Below, piece after piece: positions 26,554 through 36,700 of a DNA stretch of 57,702 nucleotides (its first letter is position 1; each line of letters begins with the position of its first letter). The notes below the pieces were generated by a model that was not told where the DNA came from, made no database searches, and worked only from the letters and a program-made list of their open reading frames with translations. Where the stretch lies: IMG/VR virus record IMGVR_UViG_3300028802_000206, positions 1 through 57,702 of that record. One strand, given 5' to 3'. The position numbers were made by a program, and so were the translations under genes. Source of the DNA: a virus. Its lineage: Duplodnaviria; Caudoviricetes.

Positions 26554-27104
26554 GGCCGGTTCTCCTTCTTGGTCCGGGGTGTCGCGGCGAAAGCCGCTCT
26601 TACAGCTTCTGCTGTCTTCTGACGCTCGCCCGCCCGGGCATATCTCAGCTTTGTCGCTTCACTTATCGCAGCACGATGCGCAGCAGATTTCGGTACGCCT
26701 CTTGTCGATGCACTATGCTTTGCGCGGGAGGCGTCCGACTGCCGTTTGCCAGTCTGCGCGCGTGACAACTTATCTCGCCACGTAATCTCGCGGCCCTTCA
26801 GTGCTGCGCTTACCTTCGCGCGCGCTTCATCCGAATACGTATAGCCAAGCGTGCGGCCCTGGTTTGGGCCGCCCTTCGTCTTATTCCATCCGATGCCATG
26901 CTGCGGACGCAGCTCCTGCTCGAGCGCAAAGCATTCCTCATCGCTCCCGCTCAGCAGGATCGTGTACTTGAACGGCGGAAACTGCCAGGAACAGCGGTGC
27001 TCCTTCAGCCGGTTAATGAACCGCGCAGAGATGCCGACGTAGCCGTGCAAGCGCGGGCACACGCAGTGATTATCGAACAGCCAATAGACCACGGTCTCGC
27101 TCAT
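26544..27104 (-). CDS. Free-standing GIY-YIG-like homing endonuclease with NUMOD3-like repeats
   Basis: VYW...GYVG.S.....R.KEH, E..L, GWN...GG, then S.E.RAK.S repeats; overlaps the sheath start codon. Confidence 0.8.
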   Translation of the reverse strand: MSETVVYWLFDNHCVCPRLHGYVGISARFINRLKEHRCSWQFPPFKYTILLSGSDEECFALEQELRPQHGIGWNKTKGGPNQGRTLGYTYSDEARAKVSAALKGREITWRDKLSRAQTGKRQSDASRAKHSASTRGVPKSAAHRAAISEATKLRYARAGERQKTAEAVRAAFAATPRTKKENRPCP

Positions 27105-27724
27105 AGACGCTGTCCGCCATTTCGTCCCGCCTTCAACTGTGCGGCCCTGGCCAAGGCCATGGCGATTTCGTTCTGGGTCAGGTCGTACTGCCTGATGATC
27201 TGCATGACCTCGGCCGGGTCGGTGTCCGCGCGCGGATAGCGCGTCTCGACATGGATCACGTCCAACGTGTCAGGCACCTTCGGATCGAACCAGCCGCTGA
27301 ACTCCATGGTCAGCTCGACCCTGATCTCGAACAGCGTGGTCTCGCCCACCTTGGCGTATTGCGACTGCCGGTCCATGGCGGTGAAGCCCTCGACCAGCCG
27401 CACGAATGTCGAGTCCTCCAGCAGGATCTCATCCAGCTCCGACATAAGCTCTTCCAGTGCGAGGAGCTTGTTCTGATCGGCGGTCTCCGCGTGCACGGCA
27501 CCTGAGAAACCCATGATCAGCTCGTGCTTGAACTTCGGCTCGGCATGATTTGCTGACCCCATCGGCCTGCGCCGCTCGCGCAGGATGTAGACCCCCAACA
27601 ATGGGAGGTCCGTTGGCGTGACCTGCAGCGCGGGCGTGTTGCGGTAGGTCTTGAAGCGCGTGGTGAAGCCAGCCTGCAAGCGCGCCATCGCGGCGGTCTG
27701 CATCATGCTTGCATAGTGGCTCAT
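27101..27724 (-). CDS. Putative tail terminator/neck protein
   Basis: Located between the head-tail joining gene and the sheath; LP.LGVY...E motif. Confidence 0.5.
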   Translation of the reverse strand: MSHYASMMQTAAMARLQAGFTTRFKTYRNTPALQVTPTDLPLLGVYILRERRRPMGSANHAEPKFKHELIMGFSGAVHAETADQNKLLALEELMSELDEILLEDSTFVRLVEGFTAMDRQSQYAKVGETTLFEIRVELTMEFSGWFDPKVPDTLDVIHVETRYPRADTDPAEVMQIIRQYDLTQNEIAMALARAAQLKAGRNGGQRL

Positions 27725-28083
27725 GGCCCGCCCGGTGGCTGCTGGACCCGCAACAGCAGTGCCGCGCCGCCCTGTCCGTCAAAATCCACGTCGCCGATCC
27801 AGAATTTCGACCCGAACGCAGGATGGCTTGCGTCGGTGATCTCGACCAGATCGCCGCGCACTGGAGCCACCGCGAAGTCGCGCAGCCGGATGCCCAGCGA
27901 GGTCTGCTGGTCGCCAAAGATCGTCTCGTCCTGCATCTGCACGTCGATCTGGTTGGACGAGTAGACCCCGCGCGCCACGATCGGAGGTGCACCTGGGTTG
28001 GACGTCAGGAGCGTAAACGTGCACGCGATGGCGAAAATGTCCTCGCATGGGGACAGCACCAATGCGTCGAAATTTACGCCCAC
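27721..28083 (-). CDS. Head-tail joining protein (lambda FII-like)
   Basis: RGVYS, P.RGD.V.I, DG.GG..L.L motifs; position in the head module. Confidence 0.65.
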   Translation of the reverse strand: MGVNFDALVLSPCEDIFAIACTFTLLTSNPGAPPIVARGVYSSNQIDVQMQDETIFGDQQTSLGIRLRDFAVAPVRGDLVEITDASHPAFGSKFWIGDVDFDGQGGAALLLRVQQPPGGP

Positions 28084-28097
28084 CGTTTTGGCTCCTC

Positions 28098-28129
28098 AAA
28101 AAAAGCCGGATGCGGCTGCGACCGCATCC
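28098..28129 (-). terminator. Intrinsic terminator after the capsid genes
   Basis: GGATGCGG/CCGCATCC stem followed by T7 on the minus strand. Confidence 0.65.
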
Positions 28130-28144
28130 AAGTCTGGGGAGGAA

Positions 28145-28498
28145 TTACGGAGTTGAAATTGCTATTGCCAGTTTGCAGTCGACCTTTTGCAGCGTTGGTC
28201 TATCGCGCGTGCCAGACCGCAGCTTGATGAAGCCCACGGTGCGCGCCCACGTCCTGTCGATCACGATGCCTTGGTTTGCCCGCGCCACGATGACGACTTC
28301 GTGCCCTTCGTCGTCGAACATGTCGTTATAGCCATTGCCGTCCGACGACACCTGGAACGACATTTGGTTCGGCATGTCGCCGTCATTGTACTCCTGAGGC
28401 ACGGTGATGCGGACGATTGTGCCGGCCGAACAATCAGCCCCATCCGAAAGGCTTTCTCCCGCGTGGATGGTTGGGCCGTCGATAATAACAAGCGGCAT
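28145..28498 (-). CDS. Hypothetical virion-associated protein
   Basis: GGAGGA RBS; I.AGESLS.G.DC, SFQVSSDG..Y motifs; follows the capsid gene. Confidence 0.6.
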   Translation of the reverse strand: MPLVIIDGPTIHAGESLSDGADCSAGTIVRITVPQEYNDGDMPNQMSFQVSSDGNGYNDMFDDEGHEVVIVARANQGIVIDRTWARTVGFIKLRSGTRDRPTLQKVDCKLAIAISTP

Positions 28499-28534
28499 TG
28501 GCAGTCCTCCAGATAAAGGGTGGCAGGGTGCAGA

Positions 28535-29548
28535 TCAGGTGTGTGTGCCCTTCAGCAGCGCGAGCGGCCGCGAGCAGAAGTTGAGTGCATTCATCTGCGT
28601 GTCCATGTGGACGCCCTTGTCGTTCGGCATCGCGTACTGCTTGACGTAGCGCGGCAGGCCCATCGTGTTCACGGTCTCGATGTAGTCGGCCGGCGCATAG
28701 ACCGTGGGGAACAGGTTCGGCACGCCTGTTGGATAAAAGTAGGCAGCGTCGGTCTCGATGATCGGCACGCCTTGCGCATAGCCGCGATAATTGGTCCACA
28801 GGATGCCGCCGAACACGAATGAGCCCCAGGTCTGACCGGCACTGATGTAAGCGCTGCGCAATTCGGCAGCGTCCTGCGTTTGGAGGTAGGTCGTTCGCAC
28901 CTCGGCGCACGCGATCAGCGTGTCGAAGAATGCATCGCCGCAGATTGCTTCCACGCCAGTGAAGCCCTGGCCGTCCAGATTGGTGCCCATGGTGCGAATG
29001 ACCTGCGCGCAGATCGCTCGAATGTTGCCGGTCGCAGGCGCCGTGCTGAATGGGAAGTTGATCGCCGCTGGCGGGGTAATTCCGTACTCGTTGAACAAAT
29101 TGAGCGTCGTGCCATCGGCATAGGTGACGATGCCCTTGATCGCGCCAGCGCGAGCGTATTCCTGCGTATATTCCAGCGACTGTCCGGCGACCTGCATCCG
29201 CTCGCCGACTTTCGTCATCACCGCTTCGGTGCCTGTTTCCTGTCCGAAGGCGCGAACGCCCTGGACCTCCTCGGCCATGATGGCGTCGTTGATTTCGAAG
29301 TGTGGGATCGCCAGCATGCGCAGGGCGCGGCGTGGCTTCGGCATCGTGTGGCCGGGAGCGCCGCGCGGCGTCGGTGCTATCAGCATCAAGATGTTGTTGT
29401 TTTCTTCGATCGACACCGCCGTGGTCGCGACGCTGATCTCGTTGAAGATGCCCCTGCTGCTGATGAAGCCTGGTTTGAATTTCAGATTGTTGATTGCGAT
29501 TGAAAGCGGCACCACGCCATAGGCATCGCCGCGAAAGATGTCGAGCAT
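28535..29548 (-). CDS. Major capsid protein (lambda gpE-like)
   Basis: MLDIF..DA, PRGAPG, EVQGVRAFG, APADYIETVNT.GLPRY motifs. Confidence 0.9.
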   Translation of the reverse strand: MLDIFRGDAYGVVPLSIAINNLKFKPGFISSRGIFNEISVATTAVSIEENNNILMLIAPTPRGAPGHTMPKPRRALRMLAIPHFEINDAIMAEEVQGVRAFGQETGTEAVMTKVGERMQVAGQSLEYTQEYARAGAIKGIVTYADGTTLNLFNEYGITPPAAINFPFSTAPATGNIRAICAQVIRTMGTNLDGQGFTGVEAICGDAFFDTLIACAEVRTTYLQTQDAAELRSAYISAGQTWGSFVFGGILWTNYRGYAQGVPIIETDAAYFYPTGVPNLFPTVYAPADYIETVNTMGLPRYVKQYAMPNDKGVHMDTQMNALNFCSRPLALLKGTHT

Positions 29549-29601
29549 TTCCGTGATCCTTTGATTAGCTGCCTATCGGCGAGCGGTTGATGGATGCCCG
29601 C

Positions 29602-30438
29602 TTAGTAACGGACGATGATCCCAGCGGCGGCGAGGGTGGTCAGGCCGATGGCCTGCTCTGGTACGGTGATCGAACCCCAGTTGATGCAATAGCCGTTGAT
29701 CTCGCAGTCACGCACCAGCACCGCGATGCGCAGACCGTTGGTCGGATTTGACGCGCCGCCGTAAAGCGCAATTGCGCTGCAGTCAGCGCCAACCGCAGCC
29801 GCAACGAAGGTTCCTGGCGTGGTCGACGTCGGCGCGACCGTCTGCTTCAACGGCTGTCCGACCTTGATGGTGACGGGATCGGCAAGATAGGCATACGCCC
29901 GCGATCGCTGCCCGTTGGCTTCCGTCAGAACCATCTCCGTTGGATGCGCGGTCTCGTTATAGAGCGGATACGATGGAGTCCCGGCGAGCTGGTTGATCTG
30001 GTCCATCTGCTCTGGCGTGACAAAGCCGACAATCCCCTTTTCCTCGTTCTCTTTTGCAATTTCCTCCGGGGTGCGGCTTGCGCGCTTCTCATCTTCTTCA
30101 AGGCGCTCGGCAGGGCTGAGTGCTGCGCGGCGCTCGTCCTCTTTCCTGCGGTCGTCTTGATGCTTCTGGACAAGATCGCGGCGCGCCTTCAGCTCCTTTT
30201 GCGCGTCGGCAAGTCGCTGTTGCTCCGCCTCAAACAGCTTGTCGGCATACTCGCGCGCCTTTTCCCGGTTGCGTTTTTGCAGTTCTTCATTTTCGAGCCG
30301 CATCTTGTCGTCGGCGCGGCGCTGTTCCTCAACGTGGCTTGGATCGCGCGGGTCACTGGTCCCCGCGATAAGACGCTGATTGGGGACCGGGCGGCGTTCG
30401 CCACCCTTCGTGGCGTCTTCCTTAGTGTGGTCGACCAT
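29602..30438 (-). CDS. Head decoration protein (gpD-like) with long charged N-terminal extension
   Basis: C-terminal EANGQRSR...VRDCEING...LAAAGIIVR; located between protease and capsid genes. Confidence 0.7.
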   Translation of the reverse strand: MVDHTKEDATKGGERRPVPNQRLIAGTSDPRDPSHVEEQRRADDKMRLENEELQKRNREKAREYADKLFEAEQQRLADAQKELKARRDLVQKHQDDRRKEDERRAALSPAERLEEDEKRASRTPEEIAKENEEKGIVGFVTPEQMDQINQLAGTPSYPLYNETAHPTEMVLTEANGQRSRAYAYLADPVTIKVGQPLKQTVAPTSTTPGTFVAAAVGADCSAIALYGGASNPTNGLRIAVLVRDCEINGYCINWGSITVPEQAIGLTTLAAAGIIVRY

Positions 30439-30470
30439 ATCGAAAACTCCTTTTCTACTTGGTGCCGCTT

Positions 30471-31457
30471 CTACTTGGTGCTGCGCGCGTTAAGCTTGTC
30501 GGTGATCTTCCCCCATGCCGATGCTGGCGGCGCTTGCGGTGCGAGCGGATGGTGCGGCATCACCGCGGGGTCCCCCGCTCGCACTGCCAGCAGTTCCTTG
30601 CGGACCTGCTCAACGGGGGTGTTCGCGCGCACATAGGCGCCGACACGCTCCGGTGCTTGCGCCAGTGTGCAAAGGTCGGTCACATCGGTGACGTACTGAC
30701 GATGCTGGTCGATGCCCTGCTGTCTCGCCGCATTCAGATCGACCACCTTGGCAGCTTCGGGCGAAGCCGAAGGAGCCCGCGGGTTGAGCTCCTCCGGCTT
30801 CTGAGGCGCCGGGTCTGAAAGAGGCGGGTCTTTCTCCCCGGCCCCTGTTTCTGCGCGGAAGCGATCGGCCGCCGCCTTTGGCAACAGGCGCAACGAAAAG
30901 TTTGCGGCCATCTTTTTCTCGGCCGTGACTTCATCTGCGAAGCCCCACTCCTTGGCTTCGGTCGCGTCCATCAGGCGATCCTCTTTCATCAGCGCCTTGA
31001 CTTTGTCGGTCGTGCTTTTCGCGCGTGCGACGTAGGTCGCGGTCAGCGAGTTGTCGAGGCGATCGAGGTCGTCGGCGATAGCGTGCATGACATCGGCGTT
31101 GCCCATCGCGAAGCCGGATGCACCGTGGATCAGCAGGAAGGAATTCGTTGGCATCACGATCTTGTCGGCCGCCATGGCAATGAATGACGCGGCAGACGCG
31201 GCGATGCCGTCGATCTGCGCGGTCACCTTGGCCTTGTGGTTCTTCAGCGCGTTGTGGATCGCGACACCATCGAACACATCGCCACCCGGCGAGTTGATCC
31301 GCAGCGTGATGTTGTCGACATCACCCAGCGCGTTCAGGTCATCCAAGAATTGCTTGGCCCCGACGGCATCCTCGTTCCAAAACGACTTTCCAATCTCGTC
31401 GTAGATGACGATCTCGGCGGTGGCTGCTTCTGCCTTCATCGTGTACCATTTACGCAT
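30471..31457 (-). CDS. ClpP-like (S14) prohead protease with scaffold tail
   Basis: INSPGGDVFDG, GIAASAASFI, IH, MDA.EA...GFAD motifs. Confidence 0.92.
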   Translation of the reverse strand: MRKWYTMKAEAATAEIVIYDEIGKSFWNEDAVGAKQFLDDLNALGDVDNITLRINSPGGDVFDGVAIHNALKNHKAKVTAQIDGIAASAASFIAMAADKIVMPTNSFLLIHGASGFAMGNADVMHAIADDLDRLDNSLTATYVARAKSTTDKVKALMKEDRLMDATEAKEWGFADEVTAEKKMAANFSLRLLPKAAADRFRAETGAGEKDPPLSDPAPQKPEELNPRAPSASPEAAKVVDLNAARQQGIDQHRQYVTDVTDLCTLAQAPERVGAYVRANTPVEQVRKELLAVRAGDPAVMPHHPLAPQAPPASAWGKITDKLNARSTK

Positions 31458-31666
31458 GGTGAGGCCCCTCCTGCCTTGTGTTGTTCGTCAAGCTCGCCGA
31501 GCATCCATGCAAGGCACTCTGCTTCCGTCGTCCAGTTATCCTCAAGCAGTTTGAACACCGCCGCTATGCGCTTACGCTCTGGTTCGGCTGGCTTATAAAG
31601 TTCAAGGACATCGCCCGTCCTACGGAAAGCCTCAATCGCGCATTTGTCTGCTTTGTTTAATTTCAT
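31436..31666 (-). CDS. Hypothetical protein inserted between portal and protease
   Basis: GGAGG RBS; lower GC than flanks. Confidence 0.5.
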   Translation of the reverse strand: MKLNKADKCAIEAFRRTGDVLELYKPAEPERKRIAAVFKLLEDNWTTEAECLAWMLGELDEQHKAGGASPCVNGTR

Positions 31667-31674
31667 ATCGCCTC

Positions 31675-33264
31675 CTACGCCGCCGCATCCTCTGTGGCAG
31701 CCTGATCCTCCGCTTCCTGCGCGGCCTGATCGGCGGTCTCCTTGTCTTTGGCGTCCTTCTCGGCCTGCTCGCTCGGCGTCAGCGGCTGCGTGGCAGCGGC
31801 GGTGTGAACCGCAAACACCAGATCGAGCCGTTCCGCGCGGGCCTGATCGGCCGCAATTCGCAGATCGTTCTCCTCTGGGTCTGACCCTTCGGCTTCGATC
31901 ACGTCGCTGCGGCTCTTGAAGCCCGCATCGACGGCGAGTTTTTCGGCCTGACGATCCTTCAGCGGATCAACCCAATCGTTGCGCTGGGGTATCCACTTCG
32001 CGCGCTGATAGCGCGACTGGTCGGCCAGATACTCACGCACTCCAATCGGGACGGCCTGCGCCAGCACCGCCGTGTCGAGCCACCGCTTCCAGATCGGGGT
32101 GCACATCTGGAACACGATGATCTGATGCTGGAATTGCTCGAGCTTGCGCCTGTACTCCACGATGGAGCCGCGCAGCGATGAATAGTTTGCGCGGCGAAGG
32201 TCCGACGTGCCGACCGAATATGGAATGCCGAGGGCACCGTATATCGCCAGCTGCTGGCGATACTGATACGCCTCGTAAGTGCCGCCGACATCGGCCGGCT
32301 CGGAAAACTTGATGTCCTCGCCCGGCAGTAGTGTCTGCATGGTGCCCGGCTCCAGACCGGACAATCCGATGTTCTCCTGCGGAGCGCTGGTGTCCAGGCC
32401 ATCGATGGGGACGACGTCCTCGGGGGTCGGGGTCGTGATGAAGCCGGCGAACATCGCCGCAATGCGTTTGCGCTCCAGCTCGGCATCGTCGTACTGGTCG
32501 AGCAGGAACATCCGCACCAGCGCCGGGGTAATCAGCGGCACGCCGCGCATCTGACCGGGCCGCGTGCATTTGAAGATGTGCAGCACCTCGGAGGCCGGAA
32601 TTCGCACCGGGTCGAGCGAGGCCATCTGCACTTCAATCGGCATGTCGCCCGGATGCGTCGGATAGAACCAATACGCTGCACGCTTGCCCAGCAGATCAAG
32701 CTCGATCCCGTTCATGATCCAGTTGCCGTTCGGCGCTTGCTTATTTAACCAGTACGGACACATCTCGCTTTCGAGCAGTTGCACCTGCATCGGCACCACA
32801 TACCCGTCATCCGGCTTGCGATTGCGATAGCGGATGAACACCTCGCCGGCTTCGAATATCGAGCGCGCTGCTATGGTTTGCATTCCGTAAAAGCCGGCAA
32901 TGCCGTCCGCGTCCGTCTGATCCGTCCAGTCCAGCCACGTCTGCATGATGGTCTGACGCAGATCGGCATCGGCCTCGTCGCTCAGCAGTGACGATGGCTT
33001 AATGCCTGTGCCGATCAGATTTGCAACGAAGCTCTCGCAAGCGGCATTGGCGTGCGGGTTGTTGCGCAGTGCATCCCGCGCCCGCGCGCGCAGCACGGCA
33101 CCTGTCGCGGACAGTATGACGTTTGTGGTGTACTGCGTCGGCATCCACGACTTCAGCCGCCGCCGCTGCCCGCCGCCGTCATACTGATTGCGTGCGCTCT
33201 TGCTGGTCTTGGAGATGAACCGCCCCAGAATGCCTTCCGACAGGATGTCGCGCACGGTGCCCAT
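31675..33264 (-). CDS. Portal protein, lambda family
   Basis: LRARARD..RNN, RPGQ.RGVP, ANYSSLR, WVDPLKD motifs. Confidence 0.93.
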   Translation of the reverse strand: MGTVRDILSEGILGRFISKTSKSARNQYDGGGQRRRLKSWMPTQYTTNVILSATGAVLRARARDALRNNPHANAACESFVANLIGTGIKPSSLLSDEADADLRQTIMQTWLDWTDQTDADGIAGFYGMQTIAARSIFEAGEVFIRYRNRKPDDGYVVPMQVQLLESEMCPYWLNKQAPNGNWIMNGIELDLLGKRAAYWFYPTHPGDMPIEVQMASLDPVRIPASEVLHIFKCTRPGQMRGVPLITPALVRMFLLDQYDDAELERKRIAAMFAGFITTPTPEDVVPIDGLDTSAPQENIGLSGLEPGTMQTLLPGEDIKFSEPADVGGTYEAYQYRQQLAIYGALGIPYSVGTSDLRRANYSSLRGSIVEYRRKLEQFQHQIIVFQMCTPIWKRWLDTAVLAQAVPIGVREYLADQSRYQRAKWIPQRNDWVDPLKDRQAEKLAVDAGFKSRSDVIEAEGSDPEENDLRIAADQARAERLDLVFAVHTAAATQPLTPSEQAEKDAKDKETADQAAQEAEDQAATEDAAA

Positions 33265-33696
33265 CTACAGCCCTTTGTCGGCTGAAGTGGTCATCCTGAT
33301 CTGGCGGATGCGACCGCCCTGACCCAAGGCCGCGGCCAAATCCTCTTCGAGACCATTGAGGATCTGCCGCATCTCGGCGAGCGAGCGGAATTCGGTGCGC
33401 TTGTCTCCGTAGGCAGCGCTGTCGACGCCGGAAACGATGATCGTCTTCAGCGCCGTGATCTGGCTGACGATCTGTTCGGGCGTTTCCCTGCCGGTGCGGC
33501 CGCCCTGCGCAAGCAATCCGCGCACCAGCGCAAACTGCGCGGGGGTTGGCGTTGGTGCTTGTGAGGTCTTCTTGTCAGGCTGAGATGGCGGGGCAATGCC
33601 CGCGACTTCCCGCACAAACAGCGGCGGCTGCGCGAGCTGCGCCTGTAGCGCGGCGACCTGCGCAAGCAGCTCTTCGCGAGTAGGCTCTGAAGGCAC
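33265..33696 (-). CDS. gpW-like head completion protein
   Basis: SGV....YGDK..EFRSLAEM motif; located between terL and portal. Confidence 0.75.
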   Translation of the reverse strand: MPSEPTREELLAQVAALQAQLAQPPLFVREVAGIAPPSQPDKKTSQAPTPTPAQFALVRGLLAQGGRTGRETPEQIVSQITALKTIIVSGVDSAAYGDKRTEFRSLAEMRQILNGLEEDLAAALGQGGRIRQIRMTTSADKGL

Positions 33697-33709
33697 GGTG
33701 CGGAGCCCG

Positions 33710-36700
33710 TCAGGCTCCGAGATAGCTCGATCTGATGATGCGTCTACCCCTTCGACCGCGCTGTAAAGACGGCGGGAAGGGTGGCGGATCAGGAGCGGTG
33801 GTCGCTACCTCGGATGCGGTTGCTGGCTGCCTGCCAATGTCCTCCATAGGCGCAAGCTGCTGCTTTTGCAATGGTATGCGCTGCACGTTCAGCAGGTAGC
33901 CTGCCGCCGCCTGCATCGCTTCACAGTTGCCGACGACACACGGCTTGCCATTGCGCCGCGCGATCAGGGTGCCGTTTGGTACGCTGACGCAATGCACGGG
34001 CCCTTCATATGGCACCAGCTCGACGATCGGCGAATTGTCGCTTTGCCGAAGCACTGCCGCCTTAGTTCTGGTTTCAAAAACATGATATTGCGCAACGGCC
34101 TGTCCTGACCTCCCAACGATATTCCAGTGCCCAGGATCGACCACGGTGATGCTGCCGCAATTGCCCAGCTTGATGAAAAGCTCCTGCATGTCGTCGGCCA
34201 TCCGTCGACTGGTGGTCGCATAACTGCGAAACTTGCCCTGGTGCCAACCATCGCCGAGAATTGCGGCCTCGACAAACCGGGCAATCAATTGCCTGGAAGC
34301 GTCTTTCACCAAGCTCGGCGCTTGCATGCGGTAGCCCCCACGCTCATCCCATGGCTGCAGGCAAGTCTCGCAAAGATCGTAGACCTGCCGTGAGGTAACA
34401 ACGACTTGGCGATGCGATGACATTCGCACTCGCCATGGCAGCCGACCCAGCAATGTCTTGATGCGGTCAACTTTAGCCGCAGGAGTTTGCGAGAAGATCA
34501 CAGTCCATGAATCTGCGCTGGCCTGCACCAGATGCCCATTGCTGACAAACCAACCCAGCAACTCCATCAGGTCGCCAGCATCGACATTAACCGCCGGCTC
34601 GCGCTTGTTCGCAGGCAGCGTGAAGGCCGCCGCCGCGTTACCCTGCCATTTCGCAGTCAGCTTGATACGGTGCCAGATCGTCAGGTCGGCCGCTTCGGTA
34701 ATGCGCGGTTCATCCTCGATCGGATTGGATCGATACGTCACCATGCGATGGTTTGGCGTCACCAGCATGTCAATGCGGCGGCCTCTGATCCGCACCATCT
34801 CGCCAGCATGCTGCCGCTCGATGATGTTGGTCGGCTGCTGATATTCAATCAGATCGCTGGCTAGATCAACGGTGGCGAACAACATCTCCGGCCGCGCGCT
34901 TGCGACCGGCACCCAACCGTCTTTGGTCAACAATTCGGTGACTGGGTCAAAGCAGTCAAAAAAATGGTTGTCCCTCGCTCGCTGCACCCACTCCACGCGC
35001 CCGGTCGGCCGCTTCAGCCGCGCTTCTGATACGAGCTGATGGCAGTAGTCGTCGTCCACGCCCTTGAACACATGCCAGCCGCCGACATGGTCTTCCGGCC
35101 AGCGCAGCCGTTCGTGCACCCAGCTTTTCCAGTGGTCGGTGTCGAGCCGCACGAGGTCGAGACCGTACTTGGCCGCCCTGCCATCCTTGCGGTTAACTTC
35201 TATCTTCGAGAACACCAGCGGCGTGCGCATGGGCGACGAGCTGCCCTTGGTCGGTCGCACCCGCCGCATGAAGCGGCGGCAGAATTCATAGATGCGGTTC
35301 ACTGGCAGCGTATCGGTCTTGCCGGGGCGGAAGCCTGAGTCAATGAACGCCAGCCGGATGCTCATGCCGTCAACGGGGGCGGTGACGAGATCGCCGAGCG
35401 CAGCCCAAATGTCCTCCTCCGAAGTATCGCCGCGCAGGTAACCATAGTTGATCAGCCACGAGCTTGCGCGCGCGCCCCAGCCCCTGATCACCCACGGTAT
35501 CGAGTGCCGTTGCACGTCGCAGGCCAGCGTCAGATAGAGCACGTCCTCGGGCACCTCGCCGCGCTTGTAGGTGGCCTTCGCGGACTTCTCCTTGATCTCC
35601 ATCCATTCGGGCACCTCGCCGCCGCCCGGTGAATACAGCTCACCAAACCCGGCGTTGAAAGCCTGCTGCACCATGGCGTCGTCGCCGGACTGTTGCGCCT
35701 CGACCTGCACCGCCACCCGCTCGCCGATGGTGACAAACGGTGAGGCCAAGCCCGAGCACCAGTACGAAGCCGACTTGGTATCGGGCGGCTTGCCCTCGAC
35801 ATTGCCGTCTTTGTCGACGGTCTGCCCTGGGGCGACGTAACGCCCGCGCTCGTTCATCTCGGCCTTGTGACCCTCCTCGATCACGCCATGGCACGACGGG
35901 CACTCCAGGAATGTTTCACGTGACGCCTGCAGCGGGGTTGCCTTCAACGGAAACTTCAACAAGTCGGATCGCGGCACGAAGTATTCGCCGCAGTGCGGGC
36001 AGGGCCAGCACCAGTGATGCCGCGTGCCTTGCTGCCAGAGCTGCCAGACCGGGCTGTCGATGTCCTCGACCGCCGCCGGGTCCCAGAAGAACAGGCCCGA
36101 CGCCGCGTCCTGGACGGCCGCCACCCGCCCGCGCTTCGGCGTTGACGTCACCACGCAAACAAAGTCGGCATAGGTATCGCCGCGCCGCTCGACCAATCCC
36201 AGCGGACCGCCCTGTTCATTCACGTTGTCTCGCATCTCGTCGTATTCATCGACCAGCGCCAGCACGGCAGGATCGGACTTGAGCGCAGCAGACGACCCCG
36301 AATGCGCCAGACGGAACGGTACCCCAGCCACCACCTTGCGAGTTTTGGTCATGCGCTTGCCGCGGCCCACCTTCTCAACCAGCGTTGGCGCCCCATCCAG
36401 CAACGCCATCACGCGCGGCTCGAACTGCTCGGACAAGAATTGCTTGTTGGGTCCAACGTACAAGATTGGTCCGGGACGCTGATCAAGCCGTTGTCCTGCA
36501 ACGTCCAGCAGACATTCCGTTTTTCCAAGCTGACTCGCGAATACCAGCACGACGCGCTTGTATCGACCGGAAGCAATTATGCGCTCCGGCTCAACGATGT
36601 ACGGCGTCAGATACGGATCACGCGGGCCCGGGACTCCCGATGTCTGCGGGTGCGTCCGGTTGAGCACCGCCCAGTGATCCGGCTCCATTGGGCGCGACGG

